From contig BTVY01000037.1 in the NCBI GenBank assembly GCA_045863335.1, positions 1 to 64,000 of the forward strand: DNA of 64,000 nt, written 5' to 3'. This stretch comes from Candidatus Hydrogenedentota bacterium. GTDB taxonomy: Bacteria > Hydrogenedentota > Hydrogenedentia > Hydrogenedentales > SLHB01. This document shows positions 19,363-29,843 of this stretch, one piece after another (positions within the stretch are counted from its first letter, which is position 1; each line of letters opens with the position of its first letter). The position numbers and the translations under genes were made by a program. The notes below the pieces were generated by a model. The model had not been told where the DNA came from and made no database searches. It saw only the letters and a program-made list of their open reading frames with translations.

Positions 19363-20235
19363 TCATGCGGCGCTGGCTGCGTGGGCGCGCTTCTCGACAA
19401 TAGCTTTCAGGACCAGTGTCACCAGCGCCAATAGGGTGAGCAGCGAGGCCACGGCAAAGGCGGCCACGAAGTTGTATTCGTTGTAGAGAATCTCGACGTG
19501 CAGCGGCAGCGTGTTGGTCTTGCCACGGATATGTCCGGATACGACCGATACGGCGCCGAACTCGCCCATGGCGCGTGCGTTGCAAAGAATGACGCCGTAC
19601 AAGAGCGCCCATTTGACGTTTGGCAATGTAACCCGCCAGAAGGTCTGCCAACCCGACGCCCCCAAGGTGAGCGCCGCCTGCTCATCTTCCGTTCCTTGTT
19701 CCTGCATTAGCGGAATCAGTTCGCGCGCGACAAAGGGGAATGTGACGAAGATCGTCGCTAGTACGATACCCGGTACCGCGAAGATGATCTGGATGTCGCG
19801 GTCGGATAGCCACGGGCCGAGCCATCCTTGCAGTCCGAATAGCAGCACGTAAACGAGCCCGGAGATGACCGGCGACACCGCGAAGGGCAGATCGATAAGG
19901 GTGATGAGCACGCTCCGGCCGCGGAATTGAAATTTGGCCAGCGCCCAACTCGCGGCGAGCCCGAAGATCAGATTCAGCGGCACGGATATCCCCGCAACCA
20001 AGAGCGTTAGTTTGATCGCGGAGAACGCGGCGGGTTCCCGGAAGCTCTCGAAATACGCCTGGATACCTTTGCGAAGCGCCTCGGTAAACACGGCGAGCAG
20101 CGGCACCATGAGAAACGACGCGAGAAACAGGATAGCCAAGCCCGTAAGCGCCAGGCGCACCCACCAAGGCTCGCTGGTTGCGGCCTTAATGCGAGGCGCC
20201 GCGACGCCCATTGACGATGTAATCTGACCGGCCAC
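19363..20235 (-). CDS. cysW: Sulfate ABC transporter permease CysW
   Basis: [43 protein letters not shown] start overlaps the cysT stop. Confidence 0.95.
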   Translation of the reverse strand: MAGQITSSMGVAAPRIKAATSEPWWVRLALTGLAILFLASFLMVPLLAVFTEALRKGIQAYFESFREPAAFSAIKLTLLVAGISVPLNLIFGLAASWALAKFQFRGRSVLITLIDLPFAVSPVISGLVYVLLFGLQGWLGPWLSDRDIQIIFAVPGIVLATIFVTFPFVARELIPLMQEQGTEDEQAALTLGASGWQTFWRVTLPNVKWALLYGVILCNARAMGEFGAVSVVSGHIRGKTNTLPLHVEILYNEYNFVAAFAVASLLTLLALVTLVLKAIVEKRAHAASAA

Positions 20236-21077
20236 TATGCGACCCCTCCCTGGTACCGGCGCACGCTCCACCACTGCAACAGGTTGATGAGAAGCAGTAG
20301 CGCGAACGAAGCCACCAGCATCACCGCTGCGATGGCCGTTGCCCCGGCGTAGTCATACTGTTCGAGCTTCGTGATGATCAGAAGGCTCGTAATCTCCGTG
20401 CGCATTGGCATGTTCCCGGAAATGAACACGACCGATCCGTACTCGCCGATGGCGCGCGCAAAAGCGAGCGCAAATCCCGTTAGTATCGGTGGCACTAGAG
20501 GCGGAAGCAGGACTCGCAAGAAGGTCTTCCACCGCGTGGCGCCCAAACTGGCTGCCGCTTCCTCGAGTTCCTTGTCGAGATCGGCGAGCGCGGGTTGTAG
20601 TGTCCGCACGACAAATGGCAGTCCGATGAACGTGAGGGCGATACAAATGCCAAGCGGACTGAATGCCGTCTTGATGCCCAGGGGTTCGAGATACTGGCCG
20701 ATCCAGCCGTTTTGCGAGTAGATGGTCGTGAGGGCAATGCCCGAAACCGCGGTTGGCAACGCGAAAGGGAGGTCCACCATCCCATCGATCACGCGCTTGC
20801 CCGGAAAGCGATAGCGCACGAGAACCCACGCGGTGATGAATCCAAATACGATGTTGACCGCCGCGGCCACGAAGGATGCGCCAAAGGTCAACTTGTAGGA
20901 GGCCACAACCCGCGGCGCGGTCACCGCCTGCCAAAACTCCGCCCACCCCATGGTCGCTGACTTTGCGAATAACGCCGCCAGCGGGATGAGCACGATGAGA
21001 CTCAGGTACACCACCGTGTATCCAAGGGTCAGACCGAAGCCCGGGAGTACGCTATGGGCCTTCCATCTTCCTGACAT
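20235..21077 (-). CDS. cysT: Sulfate ABC transporter permease CysT/CysU
   Basis: [56 protein letters not shown]. Confidence 0.95.
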   Translation of the reverse strand: MSGRWKAHSVLPGFGLTLGYTVVYLSLIVLIPLAALFAKSATMGWAEFWQAVTAPRVVASYKLTFGASFVAAAVNIVFGFITAWVLVRYRFPGKRVIDGMVDLPFALPTAVSGIALTTIYSQNGWIGQYLEPLGIKTAFSPLGICIALTFIGLPFVVRTLQPALADLDKELEEAAASLGATRWKTFLRVLLPPLVPPILTGFALAFARAIGEYGSVVFISGNMPMRTEITSLLIITKLEQYDYAGATAIAAVMLVASFALLLLINLLQWWSVRRYQGGVA

Positions 21078-21112
21078 TGTTGTGAAGACTCCTTTGTCCA
21101 AAGACTGTGAAT

Positions 21113-21190
21113 GCTGCCCCTCCTAGCTCCCCCCCCGTACACAGGGGGAGAATCTCGCCCCCTGGACGGGGAGGGTCAGGGTGGGGTCCA
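21113..21190. repeat. GC-rich palindromic intergenic repeat
   Basis: CCCCTCCTAGCTCCCCCCCCGTACACAGGGGGAG...CCCCCTGGACGGGGAGGGTCAGGGTGGGG nested hairpins between sbp and cysT. Confidence 0.55.
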
Positions 21191-21278
21191 CTATTTCATC
21201 GTCCTCAACTTGCTGACATTTGAAATACTCGAGCACGAACGCGAGTACGAATTTGATGGCTTGTGGAACTCAATCGGG

Positions 21279-22370
21279 TTAGCCGGCTGGGGCATAGATT
21301 TCGTCGAACACGCCGCCATCGTTGAAGTGCGTCTCCTGTGCGTTCTTCCACCCGCCGAAAACGTTATCGATGGTCACGAGTTCGACTTCGGGAAACCGGG
21401 CGAGATCCGCCGGATCTGCGCTTTCAGGATTCACCGGCCGGTAGAAGTGTTTTGCAGCCAGGCGCTGACCTTCGGGGGAGTACAGGTACTCGAGGTAGGC
21501 CTGGGCCACCTCAAGGGTGCCGTGCTTCTTGGCGTTTCGGTCAACTACGGTCACCGGCGGTTCGGCCAGAATGCTGAGGCTGGGCAGGATGATTTCAAAC
21601 TTGTCCGGCCCGAGTTCGTTCACGGCCAAGAACGCCTCGTTCTCCCAGGATAGGAACACGTCGCCAATCCCGCGCTGCACAAACGTTGTCGTGCTTCCTC
21701 GTGCGCCGGAATCCAACACGGGAACGTTCTTGAGCAACGCGGCGACAAAATCGCGGGCTTTCGCCTCTGCCTTCTTCACGTCCTCGCTGAATTGCGGGTC
21801 GTGGAGTTTCTCCAAGTCGCCCAGTTCCTGTTCTAAGACGTAGGCCCAAGCGGCCAGATAGTTCCACCGCGCCCCGCCCGAGGTCTTCGGGTTAGGCGTG
21901 ATCACTTCGATCCCCGGCTTAACCAGGTCGCTCCAATCCCTAATCCCTTTTGGATTGCCCTTTCGGACGAGAAACACGATCGTGCTGGTGTACGGGGCGC
22001 TGTTGTGCGGCAGCCGCGACTGCCAATCCTCGGGCAGCAACTTGGCTTTCTCCGCGATGGCGGATATGTCGTAGGCCAGCGCCAAGGTCACCACGTCTGC
22101 TTCCAAACCGTCGATTACCGCGCGCGCCTGCTTGCCCGCGCCCCCGTGAGACTGTTCGATGGTGACGTTCTGGCCCGTCTTCTCTTTCCAATACGAGGCG
22201 AAAGCCTTGTTGAAATCCACATAGAGTTCACGTGTGGGATCGTACGATACGTTTAAGAGTTGGATATCGGCCCCGTATGCGAACACTGTCGCCGCCACAA
22301 TGACAAGCACTGTCCCTCTCACTAATTCGCGCAGCCGGCCATGAATGGTTGGTAGAAATCGATTTGTCAT
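21279..22370 (-). CDS. sbp: Sulfate-binding periplasmic protein
   Basis: [59 protein letters not shown]. Confidence 0.96.
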   Translation of the reverse strand: MTNRFLPTIHGRLRELVRGTVLVIVAATVFAYGADIQLLNVSYDPTRELYVDFNKAFASYWKEKTGQNVTIEQSHGGAGKQARAVIDGLEADVVTLALAYDISAIAEKAKLLPEDWQSRLPHNSAPYTSTIVFLVRKGNPKGIRDWSDLVKPGIEVITPNPKTSGGARWNYLAAWAYVLEQELGDLEKLHDPQFSEDVKKAEAKARDFVAALLKNVPVLDSGARGSTTTFVQRGIGDVFLSWENEAFLAVNELGPDKFEIILPSLSILAEPPVTVVDRNAKKHGTLEVAQAYLEYLYSPEGQRLAAKHFYRPVNPESADPADLARFPEVELVTIDNVFGGWKNAQETHFNDGGVFDEIYAPAG

Positions 22371-22407
22371 TAATTCTCTCCTGAGTCTTCGGTAATGGTT
22401 CGCGCGC

Positions 22408-22599
22408 TTACCCTTGTTTGTTTTCCTGAATGGCTTCCCAGGTGTTCAGGATGATGTTGTTGAACGTATTGAATGCCGTGCCGAAAGCGCCAAGTGCTGA
22501 TCCAAAAGCGCCGAGGATCACTCCCAATTGCTGTAGCTCGAGCAGTGAGACAGCAAACGCGGGACGGGTGGTCTTTGTGATCGGATTGATGTGCGACAT
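22408..22599 (-). CDS. Small 63-aa protein: basic N-terminal leader + Gly/Ala/Phe amphipathic helix
   Basis: GAAAGGA RBS. Fills the porin-sbp gap on the operon strand. N-terminus [16 protein letters not shown] resembles the ORF at 6019. Confidence 0.7.
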   Translation of the reverse strand: MSHINPITKTTRPAFAVSLLELQQLGVILGAFGSALGAFGTAFNTFNNIILNTWEAIQENKQG

Positions 22600-22638
22600 G
22601 ATTGATACTTCCTTTCATCCGTTGTGTTGATTGAGACG

Positions 22639-24084
22639 TCAGAATTCGAACTGAAACCGTGTTTGAAATAGATCGAAGTTGCCGTCGTACCGGACGTGGT
22701 CGACTTGGTTGTGGATGTAATTCCACGTGATGCGGACGTTGGGATTGAGGTACCAGTTCAGGCCGAGCGTAATGGAGTCTTGTTCGCCACCCCAGATGGG
22801 ACGATCCGACAGGTCCACGCTGGAATAGCGCGCCGTAACTTCCCACGCGCCCCAGCCGTCCCGCATCTTCCAGTTGAAATTACGCTCGGGAATCACGCGA
22901 TCGAACGATCCCCGGTCGTTGCGGTACGGGCGGTTCTCCCCGGTGAGAAAGTAACTCGCTTGAACGTAATACCCGTCAAACGCGAGATCGCCGCCGAATG
23001 TGGTCTCAACATCGGAGCGAATGTATTCGCCTTGTAGCGAGAACGGTCCGAGTACCGTTGCTGCTTCCAGGCCCAGCAGGTCTACGTCATCCGCGCGGGC
23101 GTCCCGAAGCCGGAATGACTGAGGCAGGTTGTCGGGGTCGATGTAGCGAAACTGGGCCAGCCGCGATTCGGGACGAACTCCGTAGTTCACGCGCGCGCCG
23201 TCCGGATTCCGGAGACTGTACGCCACGCCCAGGTGCAGCAACTTTCTGCCATCATCCGAATACCATGGAAGCCCTGTGACTCGGCCGGTAATCTGATAGC
23301 CCTGGTCCTCGTCGGAGTCGTTTCCACTCGGCCAATCGTCTGTATCCTTGAATGCGCCTACGGCCCATGTCAGCCGCTCTTTCTTCGGCTCCCCCAAAAG
23401 AGCGTCACTGAGTTGAAGGCCCGCATTTCGCGATGGCACGAAGACATTCGCCAGCGAACGCTCGACAAAGGTCCGGTAGGGAATGGGCGTCAACTCCTCC
23501 AGACTGAACGGCTCTCGGTAATGGCCAGCGCGGAAGCTCATCTCGCGGCCTCCTCCGTATGGGATCGCCGTGTATTCCAGGTAGACGTCGCGAAACTTCG
23601 GCGTGTCCTCGCCGCTTTCCCCGGCAAAGTCGTATTCAGTCAGAAAATTGAAATCGTCGTACAGTTTTCCCTGCAGCCGAATCCGGGCAAATCGGAAGCC
23701 GGTGCCGTCTTGCTCATCACCGACAGCACGTACAAGTTCATCATCCTGATCGAACCACGCGATGTCGTAGCCCGCGCGGGCGCGGACCCGGAGTTGGAAC
23801 GCGCCGTCAGCCGAACCGATGGCAAGACCATCGGAATCGACCTTGATCTTGGGAAGCTGCTTCGCCTTTTCTGCCTCCGTCTTCTTATCCTCCTCCAATT
23901 GGACTTCAAGCTGCCTCAACTGTTTGTTCAATTCGTAAACCTGCTGTCGCAGCGACTCGACCTGCGCCGCCGAAGCGGGCACGTCTAGCGCCCCGGTATC
24001 GTTCTGAGTCTCTTGGCCCCGGACCGGGCCAGTTGCAAGCACTCCTATAGCCCCTGCGATCCAGATATGCTTCCAGGTCTCCAT
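22639..24084 (-). CDS. OprO/OprP-family anion-selective porin (probable sulfate porin)
   Basis: Signal peptide, coiled coil, FRFARIRLQG, EPFSLEEL, GAWEVTARYS, TLGLNWYLNPN, C-terminal Phe. Confidence 0.9.
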   Translation of the reverse strand: METWKHIWIAGAIGVLATGPVRGQETQNDTGALDVPASAAQVESLRQQVYELNKQLRQLEVQLEEDKKTEAEKAKQLPKIKVDSDGLAIGSADGAFQLRVRARAGYDIAWFDQDDELVRAVGDEQDGTGFRFARIRLQGKLYDDFNFLTEYDFAGESGEDTPKFRDVYLEYTAIPYGGGREMSFRAGHYREPFSLEELTPIPYRTFVERSLANVFVPSRNAGLQLSDALLGEPKKERLTWAVGAFKDTDDWPSGNDSDEDQGYQITGRVTGLPWYSDDGRKLLHLGVAYSLRNPDGARVNYGVRPESRLAQFRYIDPDNLPQSFRLRDARADDVDLLGLEAATVLGPFSLQGEYIRSDVETTFGGDLAFDGYYVQASYFLTGENRPYRNDRGSFDRVIPERNFNWKMRDGWGAWEVTARYSSVDLSDRPIWGGEQDSITLGLNWYLNPNVRITWNYIHNQVDHVRYDGNFDLFQTRFQFEF

Positions 24085-24199
24085 CAGCTAAACTCCAAAT
24101 TTGCGAGGGAGACCTCCGGAAGTCCGGTCGAGAATCCAACTCACGGTTCTACTTTCATTGAAATGTCTCCGGGCCGTCCGGTAGACACGCCAGGCATTC

Positions 24200-24400
24200 T
24201 CATTTCCGCTGTGTGGCCTCTAGGCGAATCCGCTCCTTTCGATCGATTTGCACTACACGCCCGTCGTGAATCGTCACTTCCACGCTTCCATATCTAAGCG
24301 AGGCAATGGCCTCCAGGATCCGTCGTCTAACCTCCGGCTCCGGGTACGGATTCGCGGGCGGTTCGTTCCCAATGGCATCGTGAGGGTGTGTATTATTCAT
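24200..24400 (-). CDS. YezD/DUF2292 (OscA-like) small sulfur-starvation protein
   Basis: ILEAIASLRYGSVEVTIHDGRVVQIDRKERIRL signature. Usual position upstream of sulfate transport genes. Confidence 0.88.
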   Translation of the reverse strand: MNNTHPHDAIGNEPPANPYPEPEVRRRILEAIASLRYGSVEVTIHDGRVVQIDRKERIRLEATQRK

Positions 24401-24401
24401 A

Positions 24402-24424
24402 AATCCTATAGACTTAATAGGGTT
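24402..24424. promoter_or_regulatory. Putative Rrf2 operator, box 1
   Basis: CCTAT-N7-ATAGG (24405-24421) with AT-rich flanks, directly upstream of the yezD-like start. Confidence 0.6.
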
Positions 24425-24452
24425 TTGGCTCCAAAAAAAACGCCCCTAACTT

Positions 24453-24914
24453 CTAAATATTGTACATCGGGATATACTGAGACATCCCACGCCCCGGGGA
24501 ACCAACAACAAGATCTTTCACGGTCCGCCTTTCCAACACCTCTGCCATCGCGTCGCGTACTTCCCGCATGATGGGGCGAATCATGCACAACTCCATATTG
24601 TCACAGCCCTCGCATCGGACCGGATTCCTGGTGCGCGAACACGTCGTCGGCGCAAAAGGACCATCCAGCGTTCGAATCACCTCAGCCAGACTGATTTCCT
24701 CTGGCGGTCTGGCCAGTACGAACCCGCCAGCGGGTCCCCGGCGGCTAATCAGCAGCCCTCGCTTTCGCAATTGCGTTAACGTCGCTTCGAGAAACTTTAT
24801 GGGAATGTCTTCAGCCTCGGCGATTTCTTCGACCGAGATGAGAGTCCCCTCGGCAAATCGCCGGGCTAAAACAGACATTGCTTTTAGGCCATACCTGGCT
24901 TTCGAAGTTAGCAC
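24453..24914 (-). CDS. Rrf2-family transcriptional regulator (CymR/IscR-like)
   Basis: MLTSKARYGLKAM, IAEAEDIPIKFLE, SRRGPAGGFVLARPPEEISLAEVIRTLDG. Cys cluster C-x8-C-x2-C-x5-C. Confidence 0.93.
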   Translation of the reverse strand: MLTSKARYGLKAMSVLARRFAEGTLISVEEIAEAEDIPIKFLEATLTQLRKRGLLISRRGPAGGFVLARPPEEISLAEVIRTLDGPFAPTTCSRTRNPVRCEGCDNMELCMIRPIMREVRDAMAEVLERRTVKDLVVGSPGRGMSQYIPMYNI

Positions 24915-24929
24915 CGGCGCGTACCACCT

Positions 24930-25037
24930 ATTCCTATTGGCTTAGTTGGCATTATGATACCAGTGCGGAACTCGAATTAAAAAATTATATTTCCTATCGA
25001 ATAAGTAGATAATACCACGCGATTACCCGTTTGTCAA
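24930..25037 (-). promoter_or_regulatory. Island promoter with two further putative Rrf2 boxes
   Basis: Minus strand: TTGACA (25037-25032), 17 bp, extended -10 TGG-TATTAT (25014-25009). CCTAT-N7-GTTGG (24933-24949) and CCTAT-N7-GTAGA (24993-25009). Confidence 0.65.
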
Positions 25038-25085
25038 CCTCAAAGAAATCCCTACCAACAACGCCGCAATATCCGACTGTGCGGA

Positions 25086-28000
25086 CTAGTAGTCCTTCTT
25101 GTAGCGGATGCCGACGCCGCTGCCGCCTTCGGCGCCGGCGCGGCCTTCGACGGAGAGTTCGGGCGTGATCTGATATTCGACGCGGCCCTGACTGCTTTCG
25201 TCTTTGAGGCCGCGCTCGATCTCGACGTAGACATCGTCGCTGAGGTATTTGCCGATGGAGAGCGTACTCTCACCAAATCCTTCGCCGCGATGCACCTGGA
25301 CGCGAAAGCCTGCGAGCGTCCGCGAAGATCTGGCGAGCGCGCTGAGCCCGTCGTTCCCGCGCATGGATTCGAGCATGGCCGTAAGTTGCACGGCCTGGAA
25401 AGCGGTGATGTCGCTGAGGTCCCGGTCGAAAAGCAGGCGCGCGAGGATCTCGTCTTCGGGTAGCGCGGGGTCCGATTGCAGTTCCAGTTTCACGTCGGGA
25501 TACACGCCGTAGAGATGAAGCTGCGCGGTCAGATCCGCCGTTCGTGTCGATGCATTCAGATCGAGATACGGCGAAGGCGGTGAACTGCCGTCCAACGTGA
25601 TCGTGCTTTCCTGCAGTTCGAAAGTCCGATCGAGGAAATATATCTGCCCGCGCACCGGGGACAACGTCCCCGTGATTTCGGGTGCATCCGCCGTTCCCGC
25701 AACTTGGAGATTCCCTTTCCATTCCGTATCGAGCGACTGATTGCGCACGTAGACCTTTCCCGGAATCGCGCAATCCACATTCAACGCGATCTCGATGGGC
25801 GTCTTCTTCTCGTCCTCCGCATCCGGCGCAGCCGTGGCGACCTCGCCATCCGGATCGCCCACTTCGGTGACCTCCAGTTCGGGATATTCAACGCGGCCCT
25901 TGTTGGGAAGTACCACGGTCGCAGGGCCTATCGCCAGAGAGCCGTCGATTTCAGCCCGTTCCATGTCACCCGCGACGGACAACGTCCCATCCACTTGCCC
26001 AGTCAAGTCGTCGCGGCTCGCGACGCGGAGATTGCCCAAGCGCGCGTCTAATGAGAATGGAAAACTCTCGCGCGGAAGAACGTCCACCTTTCCTTCCGCG
26101 TTCAGCGTGCCGCCCACGCCGTCGGTCGCCGCGAATTCCGTAACCGTGAGTTCCCGATTGCGCCCTTCGATCACAACCCGGAGGTCTTCCAGGATCGTCC
26201 CGGTCTTGAGATTCTCATAGCGGGCGTCCACGATGGTCGCCTCCCCGGTCACCTCCGGTTCCGAGACGTTCCGGGCGATCGCAAGTTCCGCGTTCAACTG
26301 TCCGCGCACCACGTGATCTTGAAGATCGAATAACAGAGGAAACACGGACAGGTCCGCATTCGCCGTGCATTGGCCCCGGATGGGCCGTTGCCGGTTGACG
26401 GCCACCTCGACGGGTTGCAGCGAGAATTGCACGGGAATTCGCAGCGTCGCGTCCGCTTCGATTTGGTCGTTCATGGCAATCTGCACACGCGTCTCGGTGA
26501 CTCCTTGGGAGAGTTCCGTATCCAGCCGGATTTCAACCGGCGGGTATGCCGCGCCCGGTTCCCGCACATTGCGAAACACGAGGTTGCCGTTGCCCACGGG
26601 TTGCGAGGAAGGTCCACGGAGTTGGACCGTTCCACCGACAGTACCTTCCAAGTCAGTGCCACCAAAGGCGGCGATCAGGGAGAGCGGGAGATCGTCGAGT
26701 TCCGCCGTTACGCGCACGTCGCCTTCAGCGCGGTTGCCCCGAAACGAAACTGTTCCGTCATCGACCGCGAGCCGGCTAATCGATGCGCTGAGCACTTCGC
26801 CTTCTTGATTGATACGGGCGTCGCTTTGCAATGCAATGGCATGTTCGCCGACTGTGGCGTCCAGCGCGGCGACTTCGATCCATGCGTCGTTGATACTTCC
26901 TACGAGACGCGCATCCAGCGCGATCTTCGATTCCTGAATCGTGCCTTCGACCACGGCGAGCGTGAGTGTTGCTTGCTCCTTGTCTCCATCCAGTTGCACG
27001 GAGAACGAAGCGAGGTTCGCCTCGCCCGTCCGCAAACCGGCCCCGTTTGCTTCGCCATCAATCCGCATTTCACCGAACGGGTCCGTGGCATCTGCGGTCA
27101 AGTGGAGCGTCTGAAGTTGTGTGTCCTGATATTGGAGGTTCGAACCGTTGATATCGGCGTGCATCCGCTGCGCATCGCCCGATCCGTCAAGCGACGCGCT
27201 CAATTGCATTTCGCCTGCGACATCGATCCCCAGCAACTCACCAACCGTGGAAAGATTGTCGAAGTTCCCCGTGATAGAACCGCTGCCCTGTTTTACACTC
27301 GTGTCGAATGTCCCGCTGCCTTGCAGACGATTCTCACCCGCGCGCATCTGAATGTTCGAGACGTCGATGAGCGAATCGGTCATCGCGAAGGTTGCATCCG
27401 TGGTCAATTCCTCCGTGTCGCTCTCCAACGTCAACTGCGCGTTACCCGCTGGCGACTTCGGCAGCCCATCCAGTTCCGCCCGCAAAGTCGCCTCGCGCAC
27501 GGTTGCGTCGCCTGCCGTCAGACGTTCCCCCTCGACGTCGACTTCGGCCTGGAATGCGTCAAAAGGTCCGTTAACCGAAAACTCACCGGCGATCTCTCCC
27601 GCGGTTGGACGATCGAGCACCGCGGACAGCACCTCCGCGTCCGGAATACGGAAGGACCCCCCCAAGTCGAGGTTCTTTGATTCCGTGTCCACCGTGCCGG
27701 ACGCAGTTGCGCTCATCGCGGTACTCTTCAGATCCAAGGACTCGATGGACAGACTTCCCTCGTCGAACGTGATTTCGGTCTCGCCGTTGACCCGTTCCGC
27801 AGCCAGCGCGAGCGCCGCCTCAGGAAGTCCCGCGAGGTCGGTTATGTGAAACGTGGCGTTGGCCGCGAGGAGTGTCTCCGCGGAGGTTGTTATGTTTGCT
27901 GTCGCACCCGCGGTCCACTCGACCTCGCCTACCTCATCCGCTTGGCTGAGGAGGCTGGACTGCACCCGCGGGATTTCAACCACAAATTCGCCACCTTTTG

Positions 28001-29843
28001 ACTCTATATTATAGTCGCCACGCGCACGAACCTGCGCCGATTCCGACTCCAGGTCGGCCCGCGTAATCCTTAGCGTCTCTGCGTCAGGGGTCTCGATTTC
28101 GAATTCGAAGCGTACCTGCTCCTGCGCGACCGTGCCAGCAGACAACGCGCTTGCGTCAGCGTGGCCGGTGACGCTCACGTTCTGCAGATTGGCGGGAGTC
28201 CATGTATCCCCCGAGCCGTCGAGGTTCAACGAAAGCGACGTGGACTCGAAGGTCGCGACATGGACATCTGACCCGGTACCGGACACGGTCGCGGACCAAC
28301 CCGATTCCCCACCTTCGATCTGGCCGGAAAGCGATACGGTCCCGCGCGCATTCTCGGGCAGCAATCCGGCGAGATTCGCCAGGTCGAGTTCCGCAATGTT
28401 CACCTCGGCGTTCAGTTCCTCTGCTGCGCGGTCGTACTCACCGGAGACCCGAGCATCGGCGCCGACGGCCCGAAGGTGCGCCTGGTCGATTCGGAGTACT
28501 CCGTCCTGCGATCGAAATCCTTCGATCTGCGCCACGATCCCCTCGCGCACCGCATTCGCCGCCTGTTCCGCGAGGAGTGGTTCGCGAGGCCAAGCCGAGG
28601 CCTCCAGATCGAAGCCATACCCTTCCGACAAGTCGAGCGCTCCCGTCACGGCAAGCAACTTCTCGCCTTCGAGTTCGGCATCCAGATCGACGGACGGCGT
28701 TTCGAGTGGGCCATCAAGACTTAGGTGTCCTTTCAACGCACCCTGCAACCGCGGATTGTCCGGATCGCCGGCAAGCCGGGCCAGCGATGCCGTATCGAGA
28801 TTGCTTTTGATCGTGATCTGATCGGAGTTCGGATCGTAGGTGAGCGAACCGGTCAGCGAGTTCCCGTCGCCGCTGACACTGAACGACGGCACTTCAATCG
28901 TGCGGTCGTCGTGACGCGCAAGGGCCGCTTTGATTTCAACCGTGTTTCCGAGTCGTTCCTCCAGCGCGCGCGTGGGCGGCAAGACGTTTGCGTACAACGT
29001 CCCGTCGATGCGGCACTCAACCGTGTCGTTCATGCTGACGTCGAGTCCGGCATCCCAGAACGGCTCCTCGCCCAAGGTGCCGCGAATCGTTCCGTCCCAC
29101 GACTCGGAAGCGCCGTCGCCTTCGAGTGTAAGCCGAAAGGTCTGATTCGAATCGAGATCGAGGGCGGCCGGTATGAAGGCGGAGTCTTCAATGCGCGCGT
29201 CGAGACCCAACGTAGACGCACCGCCGCCCAAATCGAGTTGCAGTGTAGCCGAGGTTGTCGGTTCATCGATCCGCTTCAATTCGAGATCCGCAACAAGGGT
29301 CTCAATCGTGCGCCCCGTGAGTTGCCCGTGCAGTTCGAAAACGGCATCTCTTCCGACGATAGCCTCCGCCACTTCGATGCGGTCGATGGCCAGCCGGTCG
29401 ATCCGCGCGCTACGCAGCGCGTTGGGAATGGCGCGGAGCACGTCCAGCGGACGTGCGTCAGGATTGAGGGGAGGGCGTTTGAGGACTTCCACCCGTTCCA
29501 CCAAGGCGTCATAGATGTGGTATGGCTTGCGCGCAATGGATCGCACGGACCAGCGCGCGGCAATATCATGCGCGATGAGCACCTCGCCGTCGTCATCGCT
29601 GATCGTGAAGGTCTCGATGTGAATCGAACCGGGCAGTGTGCCCGATACGCCAGACACGTCGAAATCCAGACGCGGGTGTTTGGATAGCGTATCGGAGAGG
29701 AATCGCGCGAGGCGCTGCTTTCCCGGACCGGAATTGACTGCGGCAAACACGATGACGGCAAGGCACACGACGGCCAGTGCCGCCCAGAGCATCCACCGAA
29801 CGACACGCGGAACGCGACGGGCTTTGTTAGAAGGCTTGTCCAA
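25086..29843 (-). CDS. tamB: Translocation/assembly module TamB
   Basis: 1585 aa. N-terminal TM anchor, repetitive beta-rich body, DUF490-like C-terminus (SDPALPEDEILARLLF...GKYLSDDVYVE). Downstream of tamA. Confidence 0.92.
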   Translation of the reverse strand: MDKPSNKARRVPRVVRWMLWAALAVVCLAVIVFAAVNSGPGKQRLARFLSDTLSKHPRLDFDVSGVSGTLPGSIHIETFTISDDDGEVLIAHDIAARWSVRSIARKPYHIYDALVERVEVLKRPPLNPDARPLDVLRAIPNALRSARIDRLAIDRIEVAEAIVGRDAVFELHGQLTGRTIETLVADLELKRIDEPTTSATLQLDLGGGASTLGLDARIEDSAFIPAALDLDSNQTFRLTLEGDGASESWDGTIRGTLGEEPFWDAGLDVSMNDTVECRIDGTLYANVLPPTRALEERLGNTVEIKAALARHDDRTIEVPSFSVSGDGNSLTGSLTYDPNSDQITIKSNLDTASLARLAGDPDNPRLQGALKGHLSLDGPLETPSVDLDAELEGEKLLAVTGALDLSEGYGFDLEASAWPREPLLAEQAANAVREGIVAQIEGFRSQDGVLRIDQAHLRAVGADARVSGEYDRAAEELNAEVNIAELDLANLAGLLPENARGTVSLSGQIEGGESGWSATVSGTGSDVHVATFESTSLSLNLDGSGDTWTPANLQNVSVTGHADASALSAGTVAQEQVRFEFEIETPDAETLRITRADLESESAQVRARGDYNIESKGGEFVVEIPRVQSSLLSQADEVGEVEWTAGATANITTSAETLLAANATFHITDLAGLPEAALALAAERVNGETEITFDEGSLSIESLDLKSTAMSATASGTVDTESKNLDLGGSFRIPDAEVLSAVLDRPTAGEIAGEFSVNGPFDAFQAEVDVEGERLTAGDATVREATLRAELDGLPKSPAGNAQLTLESDTEELTTDATFAMTDSLIDVSNIQMRAGENRLQGSGTFDTSVKQGSGSITGNFDNLSTVGELLGIDVAGEMQLSASLDGSGDAQRMHADINGSNLQYQDTQLQTLHLTADATDPFGEMRIDGEANGAGLRTGEANLASFSVQLDGDKEQATLTLAVVEGTIQESKIALDARLVGSINDAWIEVAALDATVGEHAIALQSDARINQEGEVLSASISRLAVDDGTVSFRGNRAEGDVRVTAELDDLPLSLIAAFGGTDLEGTVGGTVQLRGPSSQPVGNGNLVFRNVREPGAAYPPVEIRLDTELSQGVTETRVQIAMNDQIEADATLRIPVQFSLQPVEVAVNRQRPIRGQCTANADLSVFPLLFDLQDHVVRGQLNAELAIARNVSEPEVTGEATIVDARYENLKTGTILEDLRVVIEGRNRELTVTEFAATDGVGGTLNAEGKVDVLPRESFPFSLDARLGNLRVASRDDLTGQVDGTLSVAGDMERAEIDGSLAIGPATVVLPNKGRVEYPELEVTEVGDPDGEVATAAPDAEDEKKTPIEIALNVDCAIPGKVYVRNQSLDTEWKGNLQVAGTADAPEITGTLSPVRGQIYFLDRTFELQESTITLDGSSPPSPYLDLNASTRTADLTAQLHLYGVYPDVKLELQSDPALPEDEILARLLFDRDLSDITAFQAVQLTAMLESMRGNDGLSALARSSRTLAGFRVQVHRGEGFGESTLSIGKYLSDDVYVEIERGLKDESSQGRVEYQITPELSVEGRAGAEGGSGVGIRYKKDY

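Larger units (their letters stand above)
18085..25253. mobile_element. ~7.0-kb sulfate-uptake genomic island at the 3' end of tamB, no integrase
   Basis: Bounded by 173-bp direct repeats 6996 bp apart. The cargo is one co-oriented sulfur-starvation operon. Confidence 0.75.
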
